A stretch of 33,000 nucleotides of DNA from Botryllus schlosseri (Eukaryota), in NCBI GenBank assembly GCA_051294905.1, contig CM119386.1:12152001-12185000 (forward strand), in the 5' to 3' direction. Shown piece by piece: positions 1 to 12,088 of this stretch (its first letter is position 1; every line of letters starts with the position of its first letter). Below the pieces are notes generated by a model. The model was not told the DNA's origin and made no database searches. It was given only the letters and a program-made list of their open reading frames with translations. Both the position numbers and the translations under genes were made by a program.

Positions 1-360
1 GTTCTTACCTTAACCAAACCTCTTGTTTTATTGAAATTGAATTCAGATATAAGTTTATATTGTCCTTAACAATTAGCGCAGGTCGGAATTTTATCATTAC
101 AATTTGTAAATGGGTAATGTAATGCGTCTTATCAATTCGTTTCCGTATTCTCTATTTTGGCTGGTAACTATAATCCGAGGCTATGCAATTACTTACGTAG
201 TTCAGCATTTCTACGTATGTGAGCAATAAAGCATCTTCTTGTGTTTATATTTAACTCTATATTCGTTCATAGGTCCAGAATCAATGACAACTCAATCTGT
301 ATTTCAGACAGCTGGCAAAATGCAATGGGTATGCATGCCTCATACTCCGAAAAGGCAACG

Positions 361-570
361 ACTTGACTTCAATTGTGACTTGACTCGTGACTTGACTCGA
401 CTTGACTCGACTTGACTCGACTTGACTCAAGTCACCTTCAAAAATCGAGTGACTTGACTTGACTCGAGTCACCTTCGAAAATCGATTGACTTGACTTGAC
501 TCGAGTCGAAATGTGCGATGACTCGAAATGACTCGTGACTCGAAGGTATAGTGACTTCATCCCAACACTG
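361..570 (-). mobile_element. One end of a non-autonomous hAT-like element with a (GACTT/GACTC)n subterminal array
   Basis: Dense GACTTGACTCGAGTC-type array at about 361-545 ending in CCCAACACTG (561-570; reverse complement CAGTGTTGGG, a hAT-like terminus). The partner end is not found in the window. ORF 281..472 is only the translation of this array. Confidence 0.6.
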
Positions 571-2206
571 GTACCTTCCAGGTAAATCCTAGTGAAAACA
601 CTGTCGCGTAAGTTGGTTGCTTGATAGCTGTCGCGCTTCCATCAAAATATAATGCAAGCTAAACGTTAAATATAATCCGTACATATTTATGGATTTTGCT
701 CTCGAAGAGATAACGTAGATTCGTAGATAAGGTAGAAGAATAGTTCCAAAACAGACGAATAATGGTAATATTTCTATTGTTGTGTTTGGTATACCACAAC
801 ACTGGTGCTTATCGCACAGAAACGTCGTACCGTAATGTGCGGATACAGTTCTTGGGAATAACTCATTGACTATGTCAGCATAATTTAGCTACAGCCAGGA
901 AACGGATATCTCTGCGTTCCAATATTATGTGATGCGGACGTAGCAAGAAACTCAAGCAAGGCTTTCGTCGTCGCTGACAAGTAAGGCCATGGGACAGAGT
1001 GGAACGACGACGGTATTAATGGCGTTGAGATCCCGAGCATTATGTAGCTGGACGTAATATTCGGGTACACAATCTCAAAAAATTCGAAGTGTAGTGCGTC
1101 ATACTTCAGCGCGCTTTTGTGAATATATCGAGGTTGAAGGGTGTACCGAATGTATAGAAATAGTACTTTATACATATTAAATGGTAATATTGTGAAAACC
1201 CAGTGATACCGACGTGGTGCAAACTTTACCATTGATTCTGTTTGAGACGGTCATAGCGAAGGGAGCTAGGTAAAATGATAGCTTCCCATCAGAATATTCT
1301 GGGTTTACTCTCCGTAGAAATACTCACGAAAGACAAACGAAATATGATGTCATTATTAACTTCGCTCACCCAGGCCACAAATACGACTGCATGGAGTGCA
1401 CACCCTTTGACCAAGTTGGTTGAATTTTGTTTCAGAGTGAGAGAGCGGTGAAGGGAGATTTAAAGGCACGAAGGCGTCTCGCGAATCTGCGTAACCGCCC
1501 GTGTCCATCTCTTGTGGCATCGTTATGACTTTGTTCTCCTTAATTCTCGCCTGACTCTTCCAAAACATCGCCACCTTCGCGTTTAAAATACAGGGACCAT
1601 TCTTCAAAACTAGTGACAACAGTTAACGTTGGACCTCCACCCAGTCCGCAATAAAGGTCCTTCATCCGTTACTCAATTCAGTAATTATGTCGGTGAATTT
1701 GTAAAACCTACTCTTCAGATATTTTTCTTATTTTGTCTACCTCCTTGTTAAGACTTATAATTTAATTTGACTGTGGTGTCTAACTAACCATTTCATGTTG
1801 ACACTTTAGTTTTGCGAAGCACATCCATTCATATTGTAAAACATTTGGTTTATGGTATATGTCTTGGATATCTTTTATTGACTGATGATGATCTTTAAAT
1901 GACTGCATTTGGTTGTCAATGTTTTCCAATGCAGCGCTTTTTGTGATGTGGTACGTTCATATGGTATCGGTACATTGAAGCGAACGCCGCCGTATTTGTT
2001 AAAGACAAAGTTGATTACTGGCCAAGGCCAACATAGGGGCTGCTGTTGGCATAGCATGGCTTACAGCAGCATTATGCATAAATAGTCCTGTAATATATCT
2101 AATAGGCTTTTTATTCGTTAATCTACAAATAGATATTTTGGATTAGTTATTGGACCATGCTGGAATTGACGACGACGTGTAGTTTTATTTAGATTCTCCA
2201 AAAATT

Positions 2207-2415
2207 ATGTTTGTACACGTAGGCCTACACGTTTTACCATTGCTCATGTTTAATAAATTCTATCTTCTTGGCGCATTCAACATCGAAACAGCTCCTGTGA
2301 CTATGCGCGGCTTCTCGTGGAGCGCCGAAAACAGTAGTGACCCATCGTTCGGAAATACTCCTGTATATTTCGGGTATTCGTTGCAAGGAAACGTGCTGGG
2401 AGGGAGATCACTCTC
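2207..2415 (+). CDS. Integrin alpha cassette A, exon 1: signal peptide and mature N-terminus
   Basis: MFVHVGLHVLPLLMFNKFYLLGA/FNIET...PVYFGYSLQG... The FNxE/D start and YFGYS motif are typical of integrin alpha N-termini. Donor TC|GTAAGT at 2416 (phase 2). Confidence 0.88.
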
Positions 2416-2554
2416 GTAAGTATTGAAGGTAGTTATCTACTGTAGTCAGGCATTTGACATTTGGCCCGGCTCTTCAGTGTCACCACACGATGTGTTTTCG
2501 TACATTGTACATGATGTTAAATATGCTAATATAATTCATGTCTTCTACCCGCAG

Positions 2555-2756
2555 ATTTGTCATTAGTGCTCCATTAAAGGCGGTCGAAGTATCCGAGATC
2601 ACCCCATTGCAAAACCGGCCCGGCGAAAGTGTGCCACACCACCCTGATACTCTTGAGAAGATCGCTGAATCAACTGGAGTCTTGTACAATTGCGGTTGGA
2701 ACTTTCTTGCGTTCAATTCGATGATTAAGTTGGCCCAAAGTGTCACAATCTCCAGA
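2555..2756 (+). CDS. Cassette A, exon 2: propeller blade 1 (3' boundary uncertain)
   Basis: Acceptor cttctacccgcag| is phase 2, matching exon 1. Reads FVISAPLK...STGVLYNCGW (cf. LxVGAP...GxxYxC). Donor is ambiguous: 2729 GTTGGC, 2757 GTCCGT or 2761 GTTATC. Confidence 0.75.
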
Positions 2757-3397
2757 GTCCGTTATCACTACATATATAGTAGTAGAGAATCTAGCTATCG
2801 CCCATACAAGAGCCTATACACGAAATTATTGATGTGATGAATACGAAAACCGAGCCATCTCGTTCGACAAAGACTCCACTGGTATATGATAGCACGTCAG
2901 ATGCAGACCCTAAATTTCTGTTCGCTGGCACGGATACAGCTGAACATGAATATATACCAGTATTCGCATATTCGTTCTTGTATTAAACGAGTATGTGTCT
3001 TTATTATATTGTATATAGAGCAGCGGTCCACAACGTGGACGATACCCCCCCCCCTCCAGTGGATAATTTTGAGGATCAAGGGGGTGAAAATACCAAAGGG
3101 GTTGACAGGGGAGCGATGAAGGGCGAAAATGTTAGGATGTCCAGTGAGATATATTTAATAAACACGGCCAAAAAATGAAAGTTATGGCGGCTTATTCTGA
3201 TTATGATACGAAAGGCCAACTCAATGGGAAGTAGACGCGGAAACCGGTTTCCCGAGCACTTAGAACCTCGAAAAAATGACATTTTTTCATAAATTCACCA
3301 GCGATCGGAGTTAAGTGAATAAATTTCCCGTTTGTATGTCCTCTTTTTCAGATCCCTAAATATGGGGGGAGTGCGAAAATTTGTTTCGAGATAGACA

Positions 3398-3433
3398 GGG
3401 GGCGATGAGTCGAAAAAGGTTAAGAAGAACATG
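3398..3433 (-). mobile_element. Degenerate terminus of a hAT/Charlie-like MITE
   Basis: GGGGGCGATGAGTCGAAAAAGGTT is nearly the reverse complement of the element start at 21906 (AACCTTTTTCGACTTATCGCCCCC) and shares GTCGAAAAAGGTT with the 18924 terminus. Related GGGCGAAAAT motifs occur near 3110-3135 and, reversed, near 23125-23165. Confidence 0.5.
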
Positions 3434-3534
3434 ATATAGAGCCTCCAGTATGAACGACCCCGCGATGGGCCCTTTGGCCCTCAGCAACCAGAGTAATATT
3501 AAAATATTTTGGCAACACTAAGTAATGACTGCAG

Positions 3535-3791
3535 CATCGGTGATATTTATGCGCCAGCAAGTAATTTATCTCACCAACATGCTAGCTATTTCGATTTACC
3601 AGGTATGCAGCTCGAAGACTTTGATCTTAATGAAAATTACACCATTGGAATAATGTACAAGTGCGGAAGACATGAGCCGATCGCGCGACAATTGCACCAA
3701 AGCGATATGGCTTTTCGAGACAGTCTTGGGACATCACTGTCGTCTGACGGTCAGGAAAACGCCACAAGTACGGACCGATTACCGACGGATC
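3535..3791 (+). pseudogene. Extra paralogous blade 1-2 exon (alternative or decayed exon 2')
   Basis: Phase-2 acceptor (ctgcag|C ATC), compatible with exon 1. Open frame IGDIYAPA...IGIMYKCGR...DSLGTSLSSDG matches the AP...GxxYxC...SLGxSL integrin motifs. Donor C|GTATGT at 3792. Confidence 0.55.
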
Positions 3792-4346
3792 GTATGTTGG
3801 TAGGATATTGACCAAATCGTGTTCATCTCATACCAATGGGCTGGCTACATCGATTACTTCTGTTTATAGGATTGTTCACGGACAAAATATCAATTCACAA
3901 TTGCGAGTCTTTGAGAATGTCATGTGTCAAAACAGCGATTACTGCCTCGCTTAAAATTGCTAATGTTGAAATTGAGATTTTCATAATCTACAGAGCTGAT
4001 GAATAATTGCAACATGTTATGGTACACGCCTTGTCGCTGTAGGTCGGGTACTCCGATATCGCTCCGCCCTCAAACTCGCCAACTCTACCTCTTACATCAG
4101 GAATCACGCCTATTCTCTCGTGATTAAGGAACAGGCTACTCTTATCTGATAATCCCGCTGTAAATCCCGCCATGTTCAAACCCAACCGTTTCTAAAAACT
4201 CCCTAATCTGTCAACAGCCACCAACTCAAGCTTCCTACTACAAAACGCAAACTCAACTCACGTTCCATACCCTCTAACCCGGTGGTTCTCAAACTTTCCG
4301 GAGTCAGGGCCTCACAGACTGTGGATTCAAAAGACCGTGGTCCCTG

Positions 4347-5922
4347 CAGAGTTGGATCAATTACATTATTACAGTTCAATTACAATTACAATTACAATTA
4401 CTTTCATGCATGTTTCAATTACATTACAATTACAATTACTCCATGCTAAAAATATCAAATTACAATTACAATTACAATTACTCCTTGCATGCTTCAATTA
4501 CATTACAATTACAATTACAATTGCTGCTGTTGAACATGTAATTGAATAATCATAAATTCAACCGTGCTCCTTGACAACCGTAGCGTCGTATTTAACAACG
4601 ATTCAAGTCTAGTTCAGATTGTGTAGTAATAAATGCGTTTATGTGCGTACACCGTACATAGTATGCTATGTAAGATGTCATTGTGACGTAATATAAGCGT
4701 GTTTTGTATGCTCGGTAATTATGGCTCACGTAATTGGAAATGTAAAATGTTATTTACCTAATTACCTATGGGTTAGGATTAAGGATAGGGTGCAGTATGT
4801 CATTGAAAAATTATTATAATATATGCACGTGTTGGATTTGCGTATATAGTATATAATTAAAGAAATAATATTATTTTTATCGAGGGACGTAGGAATTAGG
4901 ATGATGAGTAAAAACAAAACCGTGCTTTGTCAGATAAGACGTTATATAATATCCAGTGGTCTGGTTAGTTAGCCAGACGAAGTAACGATGAAGCATCGTG
5001 ATCTGAAATCGTATTGTAGATTGCCAACCCACGGATAGATGCGCAAGATGTGAGTCACGGATGAATGAATCGTCAAACGTACTGCAGAGCCGGCTAAAAG
5101 CAGCAAACTTTGTAGTCCTAGAGCTGGCGATCCATGCGTCCAAATTTGATGCATCTGGTCTTTATCGTAAGCTATTGATGTACTAATTCCGAAAATACAA
5201 AATAAAATCTTGTCAGGGCAATGTAATTACTCCAAAATAGCCGTTTAAGGCCGACTGTTCTGAAAAGTGAGAGCGCTGCAGCAGCATGACCACAACAATT
5301 ACCAATTACGCCCAGCGATTGTTCAGAACAATGCCGATTCCCATACTTTCACGACTATTTTGGGATGGTACCATTGCCTGGAAATATACTTTTATTGCGG
5401 AATCAGTGCGACACTAGCTTCCGATTAGGACCATACATATCAAATTTCGACGCTTGGATCGCCAGCTATGGGACTATCAATTCTGCTGCTTTTAGCCGGC
5501 TCAGCAGTTCGCTTCTCGGCGTATTCAATCTTGAGTCACGTGTTGCGAATCCATCCGTTGGTTAGTAATCTAAAAATTGTATACAATGGCAGCCGAGGCC
5601 AGCATAGCGGTAAAAATAAAAAAACTTCACCCGCAAGGGCGCAGTCAAGGGTTTACGCGAATGGATCCACCAAATTCCTTGTCGACATTTAAAGAGAATG
5701 CATTATAAGTCAATTATTTTATGTTGTGCTTGTCAGGTCTCAATAGCAATTTAATGTAATTAAAATTGTAATTGAGCAAAATTTTTGTCAAATTACAATT
5801 ACAATTACAATTACAATTACACAAAATAAAAATGCTTCAATTACAATTACATTACAATTACATTGAAAAATGTAATTAAGTACATTCAATTACAATTACA
5901 AATTACAATTGATCCAACTCTG
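4347..5922 (+). mobile_element. Non-autonomous hAT-like element, (CAATTA)n family, copy 1
   Basis: 16-bp TIRs CAGAGTTGGATCAATT / AATTGATCCAACTCTG. Flanks GTCCCTG and GTCCCTAG form an imperfect TSD. (CAATTA)n arrays at both ends. A second copy starts at 31431. Confidence 0.9.
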
Positions 5923-6666
5923 GTCCCTAGTCGAGTATTAGATTATCATTGACGATGACATCATAAGTGCCAACTAAGTAGTTTTTATATGACCACAAAG
6001 ATTACAGTGCTGGTTCTACGCCACATAACGATAGCTTCGTATTTTTCCACCATATATGCCCTACTTCATTCGACTCTGTGACAATGGTGTTGGGCTGTAT
6101 AGAAATGCTATTTCCGCGTACGTGCGTAGCTTGGTACAACATGTTTTGGATGCTTGATACGATCATTCGAAGTTTCAAGGCTTCCAGGTTGAGAGAAAAA
6201 CAGCGAAACTATAATTCTCATTGAATATATGGGGCCATGATAATATGTATGTTATAATTCATTATCGAAACTATTTATCGTGCCCCCTAAGAAAGTTGTG
6301 AGGACGGCAGTTGAAAACCCCTGTGAAGTAGTGCTAGTGGAGCAGTCGGTGCAGGAAAGTAGCATCTGGCAGCTCCGAATGACTCGATATTAACACAATA
6401 GATCATTTTAACATTCACTAATGTTTTTGAAATGTTTCTATACTTTTATACTCGTTTAGACATGTGCCCCCCTGAGATCTCACAATTGCACTCTCAACTA
6501 CGAAGTCGAGGGAGCGTGCTATCTGTCAAAGGTGTCTGCGTCAGGTCGCGGGGACAGTCAAACCTATCACGTGTCTTGGGAGCAGCGGTCACCGTGTCGC
6601 AATGGTAATGCATAGAAGTTGAGAAATGCCCACATACTTTATTTTTGCATCACAGCGTTTCTTTAG

Positions 6667-6901
6667 CCTCAAGACTCTCAAAAGCTATATCAAAGCCTTT
6701 TCTGACAATAACCTCAGCATACGATAGGGGTCGTTGTATAGGACGAATGCAAGTCTGTGTCAACTGCCATGGACGCAACAGGATAAGATATATAGAAGCG
6801 ATGATGTTCTGCCCAAATATTGTTTTGCGAGCTCTTATAACACTAAGACCTCTACGCACACGCAGTTCGGTATTTGTAGAACATGGCAGGAAATGTCGAG
6901 A
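6667..6901 (+). pseudogene. Cassette A, candidate exon 3 (blade 2) with an in-frame TAG
   Basis: One frame reads ...SDNNLSIR*GSL...ASLCQLPW...PKYC...QFGICRTW.... Its three Cys match VCQP..QIC..GAC of cassette B, and the only stop is TAG 6725-6727. Donor AGA|GTAAGG at 6902. Acceptor could be 6655, 6666 or 6727. Confidence 0.5.
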
Positions 6902-7824
6902 GTAAGGACTACGCTAGCAGCTTACTGAGTTTGATGTCCAATCTTTCCATTTCGCATCCCAACGGTCTATCTTTACTGGTATATTGCGCGAGTTCATTAA
7001 GAGGGTGCTACACCCAGATGTAATATACACTGTTAAAAATATTCTATGCCAAATTACTGGTCTGGTCCTGGCAGCAGTTTTACGACTCTGAGACCGGTAA
7101 ATTTGAAAAATATTTTCCCGGAAATAATATTGACCGTAATTTATTTTTACAAAGACTGACTGTTAAAATTTCTACGGAAAGTGCACACTGAGTTCAGATT
7201 CTTATGAAAAAATGAGACAAAAAGTAGTTCTTCGTAAAGTGAAAAAGAAACTGTTATATGCAGGTCGCATGGAGAATATATTAGTTACAAAAAATACAAT
7301 TTAAATATATTTGGACGCACTGCTGTATCACTTCAACTCAAAGGCCCCAGACAGACAGAGAAACCCGAATGACGATTAATAATGAGCCAAATTCCAACGT
7401 CTGCGTTTACAATTAAATCACTTGTGTTCCTTGAAGCGCATACGCCGAGTTAACGGCGGATTACGAATAAAACAAAGGGAGCATACAATTATGTCAGCTT
7501 ATTCCGTCGTTAGAGTCAGTGGTTTAGCGGTTGAATTCAAAAGACCATTCTTTGAATTTTTGCCAAAATTCCGTTGTTTGCGAGTAAAAGTGCTGCTAGA
7601 ATATATACATATGATATGATCGTGAATGTTATGTAATATACCAAAATGTATACAGCATTGATAATAAACTGTTCAAGCGAAAAGTAAGGGTGGGCGTTTT
7701 GAGGTACCGTAACATTTTGACTGATCCGGCCCGCGAGCGGTTTGAAAGTTTGAATCCGGCCAGCGACGCAAGTTGATTTTGATACCCCTGGCCTAGGACT
7801 TCGTACCTGAATAATCTTTTCCAG

Positions 7825-7873
7825 CGTGATTGCAAACTTTTCTGGCAATATTCCCTTGCATCGCACGTCCAAC
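7825..7873 (+). CDS. Cassette A, candidate exon 4 (pre-I linker)
   Basis: Acceptor aatcttttccag|; phase 0 to 1 as needed between 6901 and 9418. Reads RDCKLFWQYSLASHVQ. One extra C would give WQYSPCIAR, like B's WREISPCLQN. Confidence 0.4.
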
Positions 7874-8850
7874 GTATTTCGCACGGCACAGTGCTAGAAG
7901 CGAGAAGCGAAATGATCCCTTTCTATCACATAAGCATTCGACGTCATGATTCATAATGCCATAACGCTTCCATTTTCGTGTAGTTCAATGTCAGAAAATG
8001 TAATACATTCTTATAAGCCATAGCTTCTGTTCACCATTAAACTGTAACGAAAATAGATACGTCTTCAGAAACAGGACTGAGAGCAACTTGCCAGGTTTGA
8101 GCTCGGATACTGCTATACCTACAATATCTGCTATCAACACTTGCAATATTCTAAAGCTAAAGTTAAGCTGTGGCTTCGAAACCCTCAATATCTTACAACA
8201 ACGCATCTTGTTATTATCCAATACGAAAACATCGCGCCGATATAATATCTATCTCGGAACATTCAGCCACACGTGCTCACTGCTCAGATATGTCTGACGT
8301 CTGACGCCGCTACGTCTGGAATATGTATGACGTCATAATGTACTGTTCGCTCGAGCAGCTACGAATTCATGATCGAACAATTCATAAGGCCATTCGCAGG
8401 AAAAAGGTAAAGGACGTCTACTACTCTCGTCGCAACGGCAAAGGAGCATGGCGGCTATACGCCAGCTCCAGTGTTTCGATATAAAGTTTGCATCAAACAT
8501 GCGTTAAGGAGTCTACAATGGTGGCAGAACTGGTCCAGCAAATAATTACACAAAAGATCATACATGCAGTAAAACTACATAAGATACCGAATTCGCTTGG
8601 CATGCTACTATTGCTAGACCTTGATGTCTCAAAGGATACTATTTATAAATCGATATAAACGATGGTATCTGAAATGCCTAAATGTTCGGATACCACTCAC
8701 CGATTAGCATTCAGCACGGCCATCGATGTCGTAATATACTTGATGATTGAAACATGATGTAATGACGAAAATCACATATATATGTCCATAATAAGACCGT
8801 AAGCGTGTAAAATGATCGAATTGTAAGTGCGATAGCAATGTTGCAAATAA

Positions 8851-8980
8851 TGATTATCCAGTAAATCGCTTTTACGAATGCAAAAGTAAATCCGGAATAC
8901 TGATTATCCAGTAAATTGCTTTTACAAATCAAAAAGTAAATCTGAAATACTGGTTATCCCGTAAATTGCTTCTACGAACT
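8851..8980. repeat. 50-bp tandem repeat, about 2.6 copies
   Basis: Units start at 8851, 8901 and 8951 (TGATTATCCAGTAAAT(C/T)GCTTTTAC...). Confidence 0.9.
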
Positions 8981-9417
8981 TAATCTGCAATTTTTTTAAC
9001 CTTTAAAAACAAGTAAATTTACTTTTGACGTGTCCGTATGTTAATTTAACGGGCATTTACCGTTAATATAACTGACGGGACAAATTTACCGGTATAATTT
9101 GGGTAAATCTACGAATATTTCTAAGAGTGTATATGGAATATATATATCGCATAGACCGCGCATATAGCATAGGAAAGTCAATGAATTTCATCCAGTATCC
9201 ATGAAATCCGTTGAGATTATATTTCATCATAACTCTGGCATATGGCAAACCGGTCCATTTTCACTGCCCCGTATCATATAATTCCGTTCAGGTCAGGCAT
9301 GACACATAGCCACCACACTTCCTTATACCCGCGACATTTCCATATCTCTCTTAGTGTGTTGGTTTTTTACTCCGGTTGGCGTGCAGTGGTTACCATATGT
9401 CATTTTAACAAAATCAG

Positions 9418-9560
9418 GCTGCGCTAAATTGACGATAGACCTGATGTTTCTCGTGGACGGCTCTGGATCGATAACAAAGAGTAGATTTGAACAAGTTAAA
9501 ACCTGGATAATTACGGTCGCCGCTGCCTTCAACATCACCGGACCGGTTCAAATCGGCGTG
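9418..9560 (+). CDS. Cassette A alphaI (vWA) exon 1
   Basis: CAKLTIDLMFLVDGSGSITKSRFEQVKTWI...VQIGV with MIDAS DxSxS. cag|...|GTAAGC, phase 1 to 0, 143 nt. Confidence 0.96.
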
Positions 9561-10304
9561 GTAAGCTATCGTAAATGTGCTTGTATACTCGTGCTATCGG
9601 CGAAAACTGCATGAGGTACTCATGAGATGAGATTTGGGTTTCGGAGTGATCAAGGCGTGACAAGTTAATGGAACTTTAATCGGAGTAACACCTGAATTAC
9701 TTCGCGGTTTTCAAGTTTTCGATCGAAATTTTAGTGATTTTCAGAGTCAATTTGTCTTCCCCATTCTGTGTTGATTGGTATGTTCCCAGGATTCAGCCTG
9801 TAGTCGTAGACATAGCGAACGCCAAATATGCGATGGCATATCTGATTAAAATATTTGCGGGAGCGAATTTCAGGCATATGAATATCAAAACCCAACTACC
9901 ACGTAAATTTAGCTTTTAATAGAGTCATATTATAAATATGTTAGATAAAATCGTTACTGTTTATTGGCGATGTTACAATTACCCATCAGTGCAACGTCAA
10001 ACATATTAATTGTTATGTTTCTAATTATAAATGCTAATTAGCAATACCCGATTCCATAAACGCCTGATTTGAGCCCGGCATCCTCACGCCATATGTTTGT
10101 CGGCCATATAGTATCGAAATACCAGAGAGACTAACTCAACTGATGTCGCTCACTGCTTATCGTCACCATATCACTCGTGCCCCGCAGAATTCTAAACAAT
10201 TTGACGCGACTGAGATTACCTTTTCTTTCCTTATGGCGCCCTTCCCAATGTAGTCTGGCTATGGTCCAATAAACGAGTTCATGTTAACATTACAAACTTT
10301 TTAG

Positions 10305-10421
10305 ATGCAGTATTCCCATTATTTCGCCGGTAGGAACGGTCAGCCATACCTGAAAACCGCAATAGAACTAGGACAATTCACTAACGAGAGTGACTTCGCG
10401 GAAGCCGTGCGGGCAATCGAG
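10305..10421 (+). CDS. Cassette A alphaI exon 2
   Basis: MQYSHYFAGRNGQPYLKTAIELGQFTNESDFAEAVRAIE; ttttag|...|GTACGA, phase 0 to 0. Confidence 0.93.
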
Positions 10422-10481
10422 GTACGACAAGCAGTGTATTCGACATAAAAGGGAGTAATTGGGAAGAATGTACTTCTATAG

Positions 10482-10618
10482 TACCACGACTTCACAACCT
10501 ATACTGCTCATGCAATCATGAAAATCGTCAGAGATGATTTCAATTCCGGGCGGTCTCGCTACCCCAGAGCGAGAAGAGTGATGGTGCTCTTGACAGACGG
10601 AGGTGCTGACGATAAAGA
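10482..10618 (+). CDS. Cassette A alphaI exon 3
   Basis: YHDFTTYTAHAI...RYPRARRVMVLLTDGGADDK carries the MIDAS Thr and Asp. Follows a 60-nt intron; donor GA|GTGAGT, phase 2, 137 nt. Confidence 0.95.
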
Positions 10619-11894
10619 GTGAGTAACTCTGGTTCAACGACAGTGTAGTGCAAATGGCCGTCAGGCGAAATCGTCAAATATTTTTGTTTAATAAACAACA
10701 GCAACAACTCTGGTTAGACCAAATCAGGAAATGGTTCAATGTGGCGCTCGGTGCCCGCAAAATGTTGTGCAAGAAAATGACCGATCATATTAAAGTGAAA
10801 GCTAACGAAATCTAAACATGCAGAAATTTTTTTCTATATCTGATTCGGAATACTAAATATATTAAATGCGTGATGGTGATGCGACTTCAATTATGTCGCA
10901 GTTAACATTTCAAAATTGCTGCAATTCGAGCGATGTGGATGATGGCGATGCACATATCGTAACGTCACCTATCGACATGCCTACTGTAATGACCATGCTC
11001 GAGGTCACTGATTGCTGTCCCAATCGTTGGTATACCTAAAACCGTTAGCGATGTTGGTCCTGCCAAAGCTCCAGATCCGCACCACCGACAAGTCAACAAC
11101 TCCGATCTTCATCCATTTTATTCGTATATCTTCCGCTAGATGTCAGTATTAGAGTACCATTTGGTAAGTATCATATCTCGATTGGAAACACGAAGTCGGT
11201 ACATGTTATAGAATACGTGAATATATAACCTGAGTTGCAAATTATAAAATTGTACTATACATGATTGGTATTGCAGCGCGCCAGTGTTGGACAACTACAA
11301 AATTTTCAACTTTTCCAATTATTCTCATAATTAAATTAGAATTAGAATTTATAGCTACGCAGTTTCGTAAGTACCGAATTCACGAAAACTTAGAAATTGA
11401 ACTACATTCCGAATTTGAAAGAAAGCAAAACCGGGTTCAATCAGAGTTCATTCTAGCTGCTGTCTTTGCACTAGGCTTGGCTCGTTTCGCATTGTCTATG
11501 TGGACTTCCTGTTGTCTTTTCAGGAAAACCATAAATTAGATTATTATCAAAATTAGAGCATGGAAACATTTCACGAATTAGATCTGAATTATATTACCGG
11601 CATTTGGCTTTAAGTAGTTAATTTATCCAACGTGAATTCTCTTGTTGTTCAAGCAGTTCCCTACTGTATTTCCTTCGCGAGTCATGTCCCCCGAGAAATG
11701 TTGCTGTAATCATTAATCCGACGTAAACAATTGTAAAATACCTTTGTGCTGTTGGAAACATCGGAATCCAAAATCAGAAAGATAGGGTCCAACGTAGAGA
11801 GATTATATACAATATACATGGGACATATTCATCCAAAAGGTTCGCGTTAGCACTGAATTTCAGCGATGAATTAGGCTAGTTAAACATGTCCCAG

Positions 11895-12088
11895 GTACCT
11901 GGACGAAGCCGTACGTTTACTGAGGGATGAGCACGTAACAACGTTTGCGGTGGGTGTGGGCCGGTTCATTAATCGTCAAGAGCTACGCAGCATCGCGGGA
12001 TCACAAGACAGAGTATTTACTGTCAACAATTTCGAGCTGCTGCAACGCATCGTGAAAAGAATCCAAACCGGGATCCAGTCCCTGGAAG
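11895..12088 (+). CDS. Cassette A alphaI exon 4
   Basis: YLDEAVRLLRDEHVTTFAVGVG...ELRSIAG...RVFTVNNF...GIQSLEG. The IxxLEG end is characteristic of integrin alphaI. Phase 2 to 1. Confidence 0.96.

Noticed and set aside
361-545. GACTT/GAGTC, CAATTA and AAGTAG arrays as CRISPR-like or peptide-coding repeats (ORFs 281..472, 4337..4549, 31394..31633)
   Set aside because: No unique spacers, no cas genes and a eukaryotic context. The arrays lie inside TIR-bounded elements and the ORFs are translations of simple repeats.
1356-1619. Minus ORF VLKNGPCILNAKVAMFW resembling the calf-2 NxGP...W strand
   Set aside because: No convincing splice sites or neighbouring exons; a short motif match only.
4740-4792. 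TTAGG/CCTAA-rich patches (also 1-20 and 30260-30285) as Helitron/Helentron or telomeric remnants
   Set aside because: Too short and degenerate; no hairpin or terminal signature confirmed.
4280-6631. Outer hAT element from CGGTGGTTCTCAAAC (4280) to AAGTTGAGAAATGCCC (6631) hosting the CAATTA element
   Set aside because: The left end looks real, but the right end is poor and there is no TSD, so boundaries are unsupported.
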